Source: Adineta vaga
Lineage: Eukaryota > Animalia > Rotifera
Direction: 5' to 3'
Assembly: GCA_021613535.1 (NCBI GenBank)
Contig: CP075497.1
Coordinates: 2,666,001-2,730,000, forward strand
DNA: 64,000 bases
Under the pieces are notes generated by a model. The model made no database searches and was not told the origin of the DNA. It worked only from the letters and a program-made list of their open reading frames with translations. This document shows positions 1 through 13,286 of the stretch, piece after piece. Made by a program: the position numbers and the translations under genes. The first letter of the stretch is position 1. Each line of letters starts with the position of its first letter.

Positions 1-862
1 ATCATTTGAAAAAGAGTTTCTTCGATATAATAAACCTACCATACATTAATGGAGTAAAATTATCATGATCAATTTTATTAACATCAGCTCCAGCTTCAAT
101 TAGCATACAAGCTATTTCAGCTAATGTTGCTTCATTATCGAATCCAGTATTATTTACTAATGATGTTGATGATGATGAATATGATCGTGGAGGTGATCGA
201 CTAAAATTGAACAGAGAAAAGAAAAGAAATTGGTCTTATTTTGAAAGAAAAAAAACGAAATAATTTACCATAATTCATGAAGTGCTGTACGGCCTTGTTC
301 AGTTTCAGCATCAATATCTGCACCGGCTTCTAATAATGTTAAGATAATATCCGGATTGCAAAAATAACATGCTTTCATTAATGGTGTCCAACCGAGTTTA
401 TCTGAAAAGATGTTAATTAACTCTCCAAAGCATCAATCAGTCTTGTTGATCAACTTACCTCGAGCATTAACGTCGCTTCCTGCATGTAATAGTTTTTTCG
501 CAATTTCAGTATAGCCACGTTGAGCTGCATGATGAAGTGCTGTTGCATCTCGAGCATCTTTTATTGCAATTTTAGCATTATTTCGTAGTAAAACTTCGAC
601 AACAAGATCATGTCCATTTGCTGATGCCTATAATAAAAAAACAACCAAAAGGCAATCATATTAATCAAGAGATTTTATTGATCAATCGATCTTGTTTTCC
701 TCTTACAATAAGTAATGGTGTTGATTGCGTTTCGAATGCTACCCAATTAACATTAATTGTATTTAATGTTCGATCACTTTCGAGCATTTTTTCAATTAAA
801 TGAGCTTTACCCAATCCGCAAAGATTGTAAAATCGTTCATTTCGACTGTCAATATTACCCAT
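1..862 (-). CDS. Ankyrin-repeat protein with a possible N-myristoylation signal (multi-exon; 3' end lies outside the window)
   Basis: ATG at 862 (MGNIDS fits MGxxxS). Spliced exons give ankyrin repeats: STPLLI|ASANGHDLVVEVLL, ATALHHAAQRGYTEIAKKLLHAGSDVN, WTPLMKACYF..LLEAGADID, GRTALHEL, FTPLMY. Confidence 0.85.
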
Positions 863-2030
863 TTTGTTCTATATAAACATTAATATATTTATGAATGAAA
901 GAAACATCATCTTTCTTCTAGTTGATAGAAGATGAAGACGAAGAATAACTTACGTAATCGGAAAAGAAAAGAGCAAGAGAAAGAGCGACAGAGAGAAAGA
1001 TAGCTTAAGAGTTTATATTTGCTTTCTCGATATAGGATGATGATGATGATGACAACGTTGTTGTTGTTCAATACTCTTGGCGTTGAATATGGTTAGTCGA
1101 AAGGACAGGAAAAGAGTTGATGAACGCCATCATCATCATTAGATATATAATAGAAGTTTTGTTATCTACAAATATAAGAGAGAAAAAAATGAATGAATGA
1201 AAAACGTTATGTGATCATGAATAGCACCTTATGTCCTTGTTTAATCAATAGGCTATGAAAAACGCGACAGAGGAAAAAAATCGAGTGGAAGAGATCTATT
1301 GTTGTCTAGGGAATATGCTTACGTCTTTTCTTCCATTCACTACGATCGAATAGCTATTCAGAAGGTGTATCTTCAAAATAATTTTCCTTCTTTTGACTTT
1401 TCTTCTTTTCTCTACAGTCAAATCGATCATCAGACATTTGTTTTGTGGTTTCAAAGGATTGAAAAAGAAAGAAAAATCCGGTACTGTTCTTTAGTGTTTT
1501 TTTTTCATATATATATATATATACGAACGTTTGTTAAATTACGGAAGAGATATAACTAAAAGAGAAGAGGAAATGCTGTAGGATATGCTGCCGTTACAAA
1601 ATCTTACCTTGACGATAATTTGTAACAGAAAATCGTTAGGTTAATGAGGCCAATTTTACGTCATTAAGTGAACAAAAAAGAAACGAGAATGTAGACTTGT
1701 CAAAAAGCGTTTCTTTTTTCATTTTCTCTTTCGATAAGAATAGAAAGAAAACCAAATAATTCACCTTCGCTTGTGCGATTTTTCATCTATTTTATATTTA
1801 AAAGTCTATCAACAGACTCAAGGTAGTTATTGTATATTCAGGCACATTCACACCATGACAAAAGACATAAATCAAATATATACTTAAACCATCTGTATAT
1901 GAGAACAACAAAATATGAATAGTTACTAGCACAAATATAAAAGTAGAAGCAGGAAAAGAAACCGACGACCTTTGCCTGTCGTTGTCGATGAGTCAGCCAG
2001 TCAGACACTTCGTTGATTCGATCGATCGGA

Positions 2031-2090
2031 GAAAGAAGAAGAAGAAGAAGAAGACTACTCTTGCTCGGAGAAGCAGAAGAAGAGAAAGAA
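2031..2090. repeat. (GAA)n-rich microsatellite
   Basis: gaaagaagaagaagaagaagaaga...gaagcagaagaagagaaagaa visible in the sequence. Confidence 0.7.
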
Positions 2091-3422
2091 ACAAAATCGG
2101 TTTCATTAATATACATACACATCTATTTTGGCTGGAAGACCACACGAGAATATAGTAGACTCTTTCTTTTCTTTTTCTTCTCGTTATACTTCTTCAGTCC
2201 AACCACCACCATCCCAACAACAAAAACAACCGTAGCGATCTGTTATGATGATAATACTTCTCGAGATGTCTCTCTGTCATCACCCATTTTCCCGTTCATT
2301 CTTACATGCATTCATTTGATCTAATCGAATCGTATATAATCGATATCAATATTAGTTTGTCATGAGAAGAAACAGAAAATGAGGAAAAAAAAGCTGAAGA
2401 AAAGACAAATGTAATATTGACACTGAACGTAATAGACAAACCAAGAAATAAAATAAATATATATCTAATGAAAAAAAAATGGAGAGGACAGATAGACCAC
2501 TTTACCTTGATTTTTTTTCTTTCTTTCTCTCTCTCTCTTTATACTGTATGATCATTTGCTTCGACAGATGAATTCGGTGTCCTTCTTCGATTGAAAATAC
2601 GAACAAGTATTTTTTTTATATCTTTCTGTCAATTCCTATTAATATCTTTGCAAAGAAAAACAAACACGAACAATTCTCTATCTTCAAACTAATCAAAATC
2701 GACTCCACTCAAATTACGATTCTTTTCTTCTTTTCACTTTCTTCCTGTAAAAGATAAAAATGCAACAAACGTGTTAGTAGCAATAAAAACCAAGGCATTA
2801 GAATAATATTATATTGGCGATCATTGATATTTTCTTCTTAACTAACATCCTTGGAAGAAAACGATCCGACAAGTCCTGGAGATACGTCAACAGTAATTTT
2901 CTTACGATATATATATATATATAAATCTCAGACAGAGATAACGAATCGGCATCGGATGTGAAATGACATTCAGATAGAAAAAAGATAATCGAACTGATTC
3001 TTTTTTCTTTGAAGTGATTTGAATAAATCTAAAATAAAAGAAAAAAAAGCTTCATTGATGTATAAAACTGCAAAAAAAAGAAGAACAACAAGACATTTTC
3101 TACTAATGATCAATCTCATTTCATTTTGAATGTATTCAATAAACACGATTTTTTCGGATTGTTTTGTGTTTTTTAGAGATTCATGTTGAAAAAAAACAGT
3201 AACTAGGATTACAAAAAGAGAAAAGAAAAACGACACATACAGAAACTGATCAATCGTAGAATTGTTCCAGTTTTTTTTTCCTTAGGTTTTAAGATTGAAA
3301 ACTACCACGGTTAATCGGTCGCTGTACATAAACACGAAATAGAAAAAACAACAGACAAGAACATAGATTTTTTGCTTTGCTTTCTTGGAAAAATGTCGAT
3401 TTTGGAATGATTTAAAACGAAT

Positions 3423-6400
3423 TTATTTCCAAGCTTTCTTTGTTTGATGAATAGCTGCGTAACGTTTTGCAACAAAAGAACCGACAACAAATGCAACTGT
3501 TGCCCAACCAATAACCATAAAATCAAAATCATCTTTCAATTGATCAAATATACGAGATGGGAAAACACGTGTAAAAAATAAATCTACAAAATTAAATCAT
3601 TTTTTTCTGTTATTTGATTAACAAATTCTTCCGCTTTTTTCTCTACATACCAAGGCCGTAAGCAAAAACAACAGAAGTCGATTCGAGACCCGTCGACACC
3701 GTATGAATACCACGAATATTATAAACTTGTTTATAATAATTAATCACACTTTCAAAATTCACCATGATTTCAGGTGTATACATAATTAAACCTTCTTCTC
3801 TACAAGAAAACAAAACAAATCGCTTTTAATTTAGAGGAGAAAATATTGAAAAGTATTTACCGATCCGTAGGTGTGGGATCAAGTGGTCGTCGTGGATCGA
3901 ATAACATCCAAGGAATTTCAATAAGCATTCCATTCGGTGTTGCCACTGTAATTTCAAGATTTATTTTCATTCTTTTCTTTCGAAATTTATCTTACTTATG
4001 ATATCACGTGATGTAATTCCTTTTTCAGTCGTTGTTACTTGAATAGCATTGACACCATATGGTAAAATATAAGCTTTGGATTGAATCACAGGTTCGATTG
4101 GATCAAATGATGAAAATGTTGAATAATTATATTGTGCTTCACCTTCGAATAATGAAGAACTAACTGCTTCATATCGTCGATATCGTTGATTATAGTATGT
4201 ATACTAAGAAAAAAAATAAGATAATTCAAAAGAAAATAAAGTTTTTTTATCAAACATACAACAATCCAATTCTCAGCAAGAACAACATGAACTGGTGATT
4301 TAACACGTTTATGTGTATGAGAAAGTTTTAATGAGCCAGTCACTGTATCCAATAAATAAATATTCACAAATGGAACTAAAAGAAACAAAAAGCAAAATTG
4401 AAGAAGTGAAAATCAATTTAACTCGGTTTTTTTTTGTCATATGTTAATTTATGTCATAAAAGTCATTTGTAGGAAAAAAAGACATTCACTTTTATGAATA
4501 CGAACCTGATCGACTGAGAGTGTTCATACCTTACGGAAATATTCATTGTTCGGAGATTCAGTTATGTTTTTTATCGTAGTTGACAATTATCTAATTGCCT
4601 TAGGCGATCTTTTTCTTCTTTCCGACAAACTTAGAAATTCATTTCTTCTTCTTTTTTCATTAAAACTAAATGAACATGTGTCGATCTTATCCAATACTTA
4701 ACATACGAAAAACTCAGCAGATGTTTTACCTATATAAACAATTCGTCTGTTTCCTATTTCTACATGTTTCAAAGATATTTATCATCATCGAATATCCATT
4801 ATAGCATTTTAATTCATTCTGCACGTGTGTAGAACAGTCTATACGATTCTCATTATACGACTTATGATTATATATACTATCAGAAATTGCTGTTTTTCTT
4901 GTCGACAGAATTTATTATCTCTAATCAAATTTCAACACTTATCCACCTACATTTTCGATGAAAGATTGCCTGGAATGTATCTCATGAAAATATGTTTTTT
5001 TCAAAAACAAAATACCTTTTTGATAATCAATTCCTTCAGTGACAATAGCAATTAAATTTGGATTTGTATATTTATAAAGCACACTTCGATCACCCAGAAC
5101 AATACCAGCCGAATGAACGCGATCTATATGAAATGATTTGTTCAAGAATTGCATAAATTCATTGATCTTTTTTTTTTACCTGAACTCAATCGTGTATGAA
5201 TATTGATGACTTGTTCATTTTGAAATGCCACTCGCCAGACTTCTTTTAAATTTGACGACTAAATAAAAATGTTCTCAGTAACGGTTATGTGCAAATATAA
5301 GGGTTTTCTCTTCAATTAGATTCAGAATCGTCAAATTCACATCATCGAACATTTTCTCTCAACTAGATTCGATCCATAAATCTTTCAACTCTTGACATTC
5401 AACTAAAATTTTCAACTTACAGTTTCTTGATCCTTTTCATTGATAGTTAAATAATACCCAATAAATGCTTGTTCACTTTTGTCGAAGAGATAAATATACG
5501 TTGGAAATGTTGTACTCAATGCTCGTGATAAGGGTACTGTTGGATATGTATGAATCTAAAGATAATATCGAAATAATCTTTATAAGAAATAAGTAATGTC
5601 GTTCTTAAACAGACCTTGTTATTGGTATCAACAAATAATAAGACTCTACAGAAATCGTTAACAGTTTGTGTTGAAAGAAAAACACGTTTGATACGATGTG
5701 GGAGTGATGATGTACTTAGATTATCTTCTAAATCTCCTGTATAAGGATTAAATGTTCGAACATGAGTTTCATAGGAAGATTTCTAAAGAAAAAACAAATT
5801 AATTTCGAATAGTGTTCAATAGAAATTATGTTCTTACTCGATCACGATAAACAATTGATGCTAATGGTGGATGAGTATAATGAGCAGCGGAACGAATATG
5901 AAATAAAGGTACTTGAATTGTATTAAAATGTTCAAATGGAGCAAAATTGGAAAAATAATGTTTCCAAAGAATACCACCACTTTGTGTTAAAATACCAAAA
6001 ACCTATATAAACGAGAAAAAAAGAGAAGATTTGTTTGTTTCAGAAGAGAAAAAAAGAAAAACTTGATTTTACTTTTCCAACGGATGTAACAACGATAAGA
6101 ATTTTATTAAGATTAAATTCATCACGAACAAGTGCTGCTTGTTTATCCATATAATCACGATTACGATTTCCATTTGTAAACATTTCCATTAAACGTACAA
6201 AGAAACTCTAAAAATAATCAAATTCTTCTTTAGAAACAAATATTAATGATCTCTTTACAATTAATTGTGATATTTGCGATGAAATTCGTCGTACGAACAT
6301 ACTAAACATTCCTGTTCCACCAAATTCTTCTTCAATACGCATTTGTCCACTTGATAAAGATAAATCAAATGTTTCGACTGATATAATTGAAGATAAAGCT

Positions 6401-9400
6401 TCATCACGATGTAGAATCAATTCAGCTAAATAAACAATGAAAATATCATGAAATGTTAATACTATTATAATATAAATCTCATGTATCGTGTGAATTAGAA
6501 TTGGAGGAATTTTCTTTCTTTGTCAAGATTGATTAGAAAATAACTAATTTGTCACGACATTGTTCATATCTTTTTACTATTCAACGGAAAGAAATACTGA
6601 CAGTCATTTTCTAAATGCTTTTCTAATTTTCAAGGAGAAAAGTAATTTCTTTTCTTCGTAGATTTTATTCTTACCTCCATTATCAGCTAATTTAATCACA
6701 AGTAGAGAAGCATCTTGCATTCTTAATGTCACGAATTGAGTGTGTTTAACACTTGAATATGAAAGATATTCAATTTCACCCATATTTTCAGGAAGTTCGA
6801 GAGAATATGAACGTGTATTTGTTAATGTTTGATCACTAAGATTTGAAAGATAAAAATTAAGTTTTTGTTCAGTTGTTGATGCTTCTAAAATCTGTTGTCC
6901 AGCCGAATTTTTATCGGATGTAATACTATAGAAAGCATTGGATTTGATTTGAAGATTTAATTCATTAAAATTCCATTCTATTGAAGATTCTTTCTTATCA
7001 AATTGATAGACTTTTGTTTCATCATTGTCTGTTTTAATTGATACAACACTACGTGTATTACTTTCATATAAAACTCGAATTTGTTCGATTTTATTCGAGA
7101 ATTTTATTGAACGATTGATGATATTTTTATCACCTGTTGTGGTCGGAATTGTAATTATGGAAAGTTCATCATTATTTGAGCATAAAATATGATTATTCAT
7201 TGTTGAACATTGACTAGAAGACGAGAGAAAATCATTCAAAATAATTGATTAAACAAACAAATACTTTTGACTATCTTTCGAATTTAATGACCATGGAATT
7301 GAAGAAGAATATGCATGAGCACCATTTTGTTTTGAGTAATAGGTCACATGAAGTTGATTTGAATTGGAATCCAAACTTGCAACAATTACATATTGTGATG
7401 TTGCAAGAAGGAACAAATTTTTCAACGTTGATCTTAAAACAGAAACATTCGATTAAGAAATCGAATATGAAATCATTTACTTTGTAGATAGATCAGTCGA
7501 CCAGAGCATTTCACCATAGGATGAAACACTCCATAGTAGAGCATCATTGAGAATGTGAATGGTACCTAAATGTATGAACAATGATACAATAATTAACACT
7601 GAAAAGATTTTCCGGATAGAAAAGAAAGAAGAAAAAAAAACAAAATGAAGATTGTCATCTTTTTAAACTTAATTAACTTGAAATAGTTCATTTAAAATAT
7701 TCTAATTTAGTTCTTATCAATTAATAAATCATTAAAAACAAATTTTCATTTCATGCAATATTATTTCATTCTATTTTTTCTTATGCCATCGTAAGGAAAG
7801 AAATTTACGTATTCGATTCAATGATTCGCTAACCTTCACATAACATGCATCAACAAGGATGAATATATTAATAACAAGTTTCTATTTTATCTAGAAAGAA
7901 GTCATGATTCACCAAAACTCACCTGGATCAAATCGATTCTTAATTACTTGACAATTTTTGGAAATTATCTCTTCATTTAAATTAGTTGATGACGCTGCTG
8001 CTAATTGCCATACTTCCAAACCATCAGCATACCGTAATGCACGCACCCGCCTACCATGTCCAGTTACAATGACGCCTTCTTGATCATACCAGATAATTCG
8101 ATCGATTGTTCCATATTCATTTGCTTCGAAAACTTTTCGCCATCCTAAAAAATAATATTCATTGACATAATTGGAAAATGAGTAATGTTAATCAGTTGGT
8201 CACGCATCAATGTGTGTCTATTCTATTCATGCCCACGTTCTCATTCATTCTTTGCTTATTCACTCATTTCGATATATTATAAATAACTAGTTATAATTGC
8301 TGTCATTGATAGCATATAAACAAACATCACAAGATACGAAATACATTAATGGATAGAATTGTTAATAAAACAGCCGATGCTATAGTACGATTTGGTGAAC
8401 GTATAGAACGACATTTAACTGGCGAAGAAGACGAATATTCTGGTTATGAATCACACGATATGAAATCAGAATTTGGAAGTTCAGGATCGGCATTTCGTCG
8501 ACCACTAGATAAAAAATCTAGTAAAGGCGATTATTCAGCGAAAAAACGCGATCTTATGTATGGTGGTGCAAGAAAATCTTCAACGGATCATTTGGCTGCA
8601 AGTCCTTCTGGACATAGTTTTAGTAACTATCGTCAAAATCCAATTGATCGTTTAAATAGACCACCTTATGGAACAGGAATAGGCGCTCCCTTAAACTATG
8701 GTTATCAAGCAGGTTATGCAAATGCAGGAGCAGCTGGTGCTTATGGTAATGGTGGTGGTAATGTTGGCTATGCTCCAGACTATTATATTGCTGAACGACG
8801 ACAACTTGAATTAGTTCCTGCACCACCACCGCGAATTATTCAACAACGGGTTCCTGTTCCTTATCCAGTTGATCGTCCTGTACCTCAGCCTTATGCTGTA
8901 CATGTGCCTCATCCAGTCCCTGTAGATCGACCCGTAGCTGTTCCTGTCCCTGTTCCTCAAATAGTGCATGTTGATCGGCCAGTGCCTGTTGATCGACCAG
9001 TGCCTGTGCCTGTACCAGTTCCTTCTCCTCCCCCTCGACAAGTACAAGTTCCCTGTGCCGTTGCTACTCCATGTTATATTCCTGTTGGTGTTCCGGTTCC
9101 ATCACCACCACCAAGTCCTCCTGTTATGCTAGAAAATTCTGTCACTTATACTCAGCGTTGGATTACTGGTTCACCAGTAATGATGCAACAACAGCGTCAA
9201 CTTGCCGGTTCACCTGTAATGATGCAGCAGCAGCGTCAACTTGCCGGTTCACCTGTAATGATGCAACAACAACAACAACAACAACCGTATTACAGTGGTG
9301 CACCTGCTATGGGAATGAATGGATATGCATCCTATGGCAACGGTTCCTATTTCTGCTAAATGATCTATACGTTTTTTCGTGTAAACTACTGTTTTTAAGC

Positions 9401-10277
9401 TTCGATTGATTTTTTTTTGCTTCGTAAAATAAATAGAAGAACAGTGATATATATTTACCAATTTTCCGTGATGATAAATCAAGTGATGCAATAACATTAT
9501 CACGACTAGCTACAATAATACGATTTGTACTACCGGACGGTTGATGAGAATCATCGATGAAACCAACATGTTGACGTTGCCTTAAACACAAAAAGAAATG
9601 GAAGACAATTCAAAAATAATAAAGAATTGATTCGTACTGTACCTAGGAGAATTTGATTCTTAGAGAATTCGTTAACGTCATTAGAAAAATCAAAAGAAAA
9701 CATAGAATTCCCTACAGATTTACGTTGTGTTTTTTAATCAGTACAGTTAGTGATATTGAGATTAAAAATTAATATGAATAATTCTCTTGTTACTAACAAA
9801 AGGAAAGAAATTTCATAGATCGGATATCGAAAAATGCCACAGTAAATCCATCATAATTGCCATTCTATTCTCTTTGCTTTGCTTCGATGAACTTTTCCTA
9901 TTCTTCGTCAACTTCAATTCTGTTCGAAGACATCAAATATCTGTAAGCCTCGAATTGTCTTCTAATCTATTTCCGATTCTTTTTCCTTCGTTCTTTTGTT
10001 ATGAAAACAACGAAGCAGACCGATTAATGAACAATCCTTCTTTTTTTATATATCAAAAGAAGATTTAATTCCTTTCCTCTTCTCGAACTCTCTTTTCTAT
10101 CTCAAAGAAGATAATAACTCGATGATTTTTTCAATACTCGCATGAAAAATAAGAGATAGAAACATTTACGTACCAATCAAATTTGCCTACTTGATCTTCA
10201 AATAAACTGTTGACTTTTCTCGGTGCTAATAATATTGCACACAGAAATATGACTAGGAAATCAAATGATAATTTCAT
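3423..10277 (-). CDS. EMC1: ER membrane protein complex subunit 1 (many exons)
   Basis: Signal peptide then [11 protein letters not shown]|RQRQHVG; HRDEALSSI; [13 protein letters not shown]; [18 protein letters not shown]; YLLDTVTG; ENWIV; FDPRRP; [15 protein letters not shown]; [21 protein letters not shown] followed by a TM and KKAWK*. Stop at 3423. Confidence 0.95.
8349..9359 (+). CDS. Intronless 336-aa Pro/Val-rich protein with VPVDRPV (articulin/epiplasmin-like) repeats, nested antisense in an EMC1 intron
   Basis: Long ORF that looks more GC-rich than its flanks, TATA-like tataaa at ~8315 and AATAAA at ~9428. It lies between EMC1 exons ~9456-9581 and ~7923-8145. No signal peptide. Confidence 0.8.
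   Translation: MDRIVNKTADAIVRFGERIERHLTGEEDEYSGYESHDMKSEFGSSGSAFRRPLDKKSSKGDYSAKKRDLMYGGARKSSTDHLAASPSGHSFSNYRQNPIDRLNRPPYGTGIGAPLNYGYQAGYANAGAAGAYGNGGGNVGYAPDYYIAERRQLELVPAPPPRIIQQRVPVPYPVDRPVPQPYAVHVPHPVPVDRPVAVPVPVPQIVHVDRPVPVDRPVPVPVPVPSPPPRQVQVPCAVATPCYIPVGVPVPSPPPSPPVMLENSVTYTQRWITGSPVMMQQQRQLAGSPVMMQQQRQLAGSPVMMQQQQQQQPYYSGAPAMGMNGYASYGNGSYFC
9168..9285 (+). repeat. 39-nt coding tandem repeat ([13 protein letters not shown] twice, third copy running into polyQ)
   Basis: ggttcacc(a/t)gtaatgatgca(a/g)ca(a/g)cagcgtcaacttgcc repeated, then a caa run. Confidence 0.9.
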
Positions 10278-10487
10278 CTAGAAGAATTTCATTAGAATGT
10301 AAATGACAAAAAAAGAAATAATCATTCTAGAAAGTTCGTTTTTTGTTTTGCGTTTTTTATTCAACAAGAGACATTCTTCTCCGATCAATTCGAACAAAAC
10401 TCGCAAAAAAAAACAAGGATGGAACAAAAAAAACAAATTTTCTTCTTTTATTTCGTCAGCAAGAGTTGTGTATTCACAGCTCAGGAC

Positions 10488-10788
10488 TTATGTGCTTTTG
10501 CCTTTTGGTTTGATTTCTTTTACATTAAGACCAGGTGGCAATGATTGTTTGAGTTTTTCAGCTTTTTCTTTATCAGCCACAATTACTAAAACAACAAACA
10601 AGAATAAATTATTGATGATAAAAACGAATAAACAAACATGTATATAAGTAACGACTGCATCGAACTTTGAATTTTGTATTGCCTTGTCGGGTGCTACGTT
10701 CAGGATTACGTTTAATTGTAACCGATTTGGCATCTTTGCGTCGAGCAACGAGTAAGAAATCTTTGATATCTTTGATTTCTTTAGGCAT
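10488..10788 (-). CDS. RPL38: 60S ribosomal protein L38 (eL38), 2 exons
   Basis: [28 protein letters not shown]...[13 protein letters not shown]|[26 protein letters not shown]; intron ~10586-10637. Confidence 0.97.
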
Positions 10789-11213
10789 GATGATGATTGA
10801 TAATATGAGATGAATGGAAAATCTAAAATTTCAATTCAATAATGAGCGTTTCTTTTCAATTTATCATCAAAGAAGAAAATGGACAACTAAATAATAAACA
10901 ATTGTGGATCTTATGTCCATATTTAACCGAAGACAAACAACATTCAAATTGTAACTAAAGAATTGAAAGAAAATCTGTAAAATTTATCAATTTTATTTCA
11001 AAAATCGGTTTTAAAATTATTTTATCGAAGAATTTCTCTCAAATAAATAAATCAATAATATGTCGCTAGTTGTCATTAATAACCATTCGTTCTTATTCAA
11101 ACGGTTAAAACTATCGAATGATTCATATGAGTAAACTTACGTTTTAAGAACAGATAGATAAATCGATCTTTTTCTCAAGAAATAAGTTTTGTAAATCTTT
11201 CCTTTCAGATAGA

Positions 11214-12920
11214 ATGAAGGTCAAAATGCTTTGTCGAAATCCTGCGGATTATGTCCGTGAAACAAAAAAAGATATCGTACCAATGCAACGAAATTATGAT
11301 CCTGATCTTCATCCATTCGAAGTGGCACGTGAATATACTCGTGCAATGAATGCTGTCAAAATGGAAAGAATCTTTGCTCGACCATTTATTTGTAGTTTAG
11401 ATGGTCATCGTGATAGTGTTCAATGTGTAACGAAACATTCAACTCAACTATCTCTACTTCTATCCGGTTCATGTGATGGAGAAGTAAGCTAAACAATCGG
11501 GTTGAATTCTTTCTTATTCTTTTTTACCTGATTTAGATCAAAATTTGGAATGTTGCCCAAAGAGTTTGTCAAGACACCATACCAGCACATAATGGATTTG
11601 TTCGAGGAATATGTGTTGTACCAGATGGTGAGACGTTTTATTCAGTTGGAAATGATAAATTAATTAAACGATGGTCAATGAATAATTATGAAACTCCAGC
11701 AATGACAATTGTTGGAAAAGTATTAGAAAAAATATTTTCAAATTTAACTTATATGAAGAGAATGAATTGTCGTTTTAGCATGTGTTTACATCGATCGATC
11801 ATCATTATAAGAATTCTCAATATGCAACAAGTGGTGAAACAGTATCATTATGGGATGAACAACGTGCTCAACCACTTCAAACATTTAAATGGGGTGCAGA
11901 TAGTCATTCCCGAGTGAAATTCAATCCGATAGAAGTGAATAATAGTTGAAAAAGAGGAAACAAAGAAAGTTTTTTTTTCTTGATTTTCAGACAACTGTTC
12001 TTGCTAGTTGTGCAGCTGATCGAAGTATAGTTCTCTATGATACAAGACAATCAGTACCACTACGAAAAGTAGACTAATTTCTATACTTACTAATCTATAA
12101 ATGAATGAATATTTCGATTTAGATAACACTTCAAATGAATTCAAGTACACTTGCTTGGAATCCACTTGAAGCATTTGTATTTACAACAGCAAATGAAGAT
12201 TATAAGTATGTTATATTTGATTTATCGATAGAGACAAATTTCTTTGTTTGTCTTTTCCAGTTTGTACAGTTTTGATATTCGTTATCTTCAGAGACCATTT
12301 AATATTCATAAAGATCATGTTGCGGCTGTTATTGATGTTGATTATGCGCCAACAGGCAAAGAATTTGTTAGTGGTAGTTTCGATAAAACTATTCGAATCT
12401 TTCCTGCTGACAAAGGTCATAGCCGGTTTGTATTCAAGAAAATTTCGATTTTCATTTCATTTGAACTTCTTTCAGAGAAATTTATCATACAAAACGAATG
12501 CAACATGTAACTTGTGTTCAATGGACATCGGATAATAAATATGTGATATCAGGTTCGGATGAAATGTGTTTACGTTTATGGAAAGCGAAAGCAAGTGAAA
12601 AACTCGGTGTGGTAAGTAAAATGATTTCATTTTCTTTCCAACAATAAAACGAATCTTTCTACCTTTAGACACGTAATCGTGAAGCTGAGACACTTGAATA
12701 TAATGATGCATTAAAAGAAAAATTTGCACATTTTCCAAAGATAAAACGTATTTCTCAACAACGTCATTTACCCAAACATGTTTATCATGCTAAACGTGAA
12801 CATAAAACAATTCGTGATAGTCAAAAACGTCATGAAGCTAATGCACGTACCAATAGCAAACCTGGTTCAGTACCGTTTGTATCCGAACGATCGAAACTTG
12901 TTTTAGAAGAAGAAGAATAA
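11214..12920 (+). CDS. DCAF13: DDB1- and CUL4-associated factor 13 / Sof1 (WD40, SSU processome)
   Basis: MKVKMLCRNPADYVRETKKDI..RNYDPDLHPFEVAREYTRAMNAVKMERIFARPF; VIDVDYAPTGKEFVSGSFDKTIRIF; YHTKRMQHV; RLWKAKASEKLG; IKRISQQRHLPKHVY (Sof1 C-terminus). Confidence 0.97.
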
Positions 12921-13286
12921 ACAATGTTATTTTGTTTTGTTTGTTTATGAATTAAAATAAACATTCGTTTTTACCGATGAACAATTTCGGTACTCTTCAA
13001 AGTATGCAATTTACTTCGTAAAGAAAAGATAATAAGAATGTTGAGACATACATAGAAGAAATATCTGCTGAAATTACAAACGAGTATTAAGAAAGAATAT
13101 CATCATATTTATCTGATCAAAAGTTTATTATATCAAATGAAAATGTTGATCAAAAGAGTTTACATATCAATTTACTAGTAATATTAGAGTCAAGCAAATA
13201 GAAAAATATTATCATGAATAGAAATGTTTGTTTCATAGTAAACATAAATATTCGAGTACAAACGATTTGATTGCCAAAGAATTGAT

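Noticed and set aside
1299-3236. ORFs at 1299, 1838, 2013 and 2970
   Set aside because: Low-complexity F/K/R-rich translations of AT-rich and microsatellite DNA with no domain signal.
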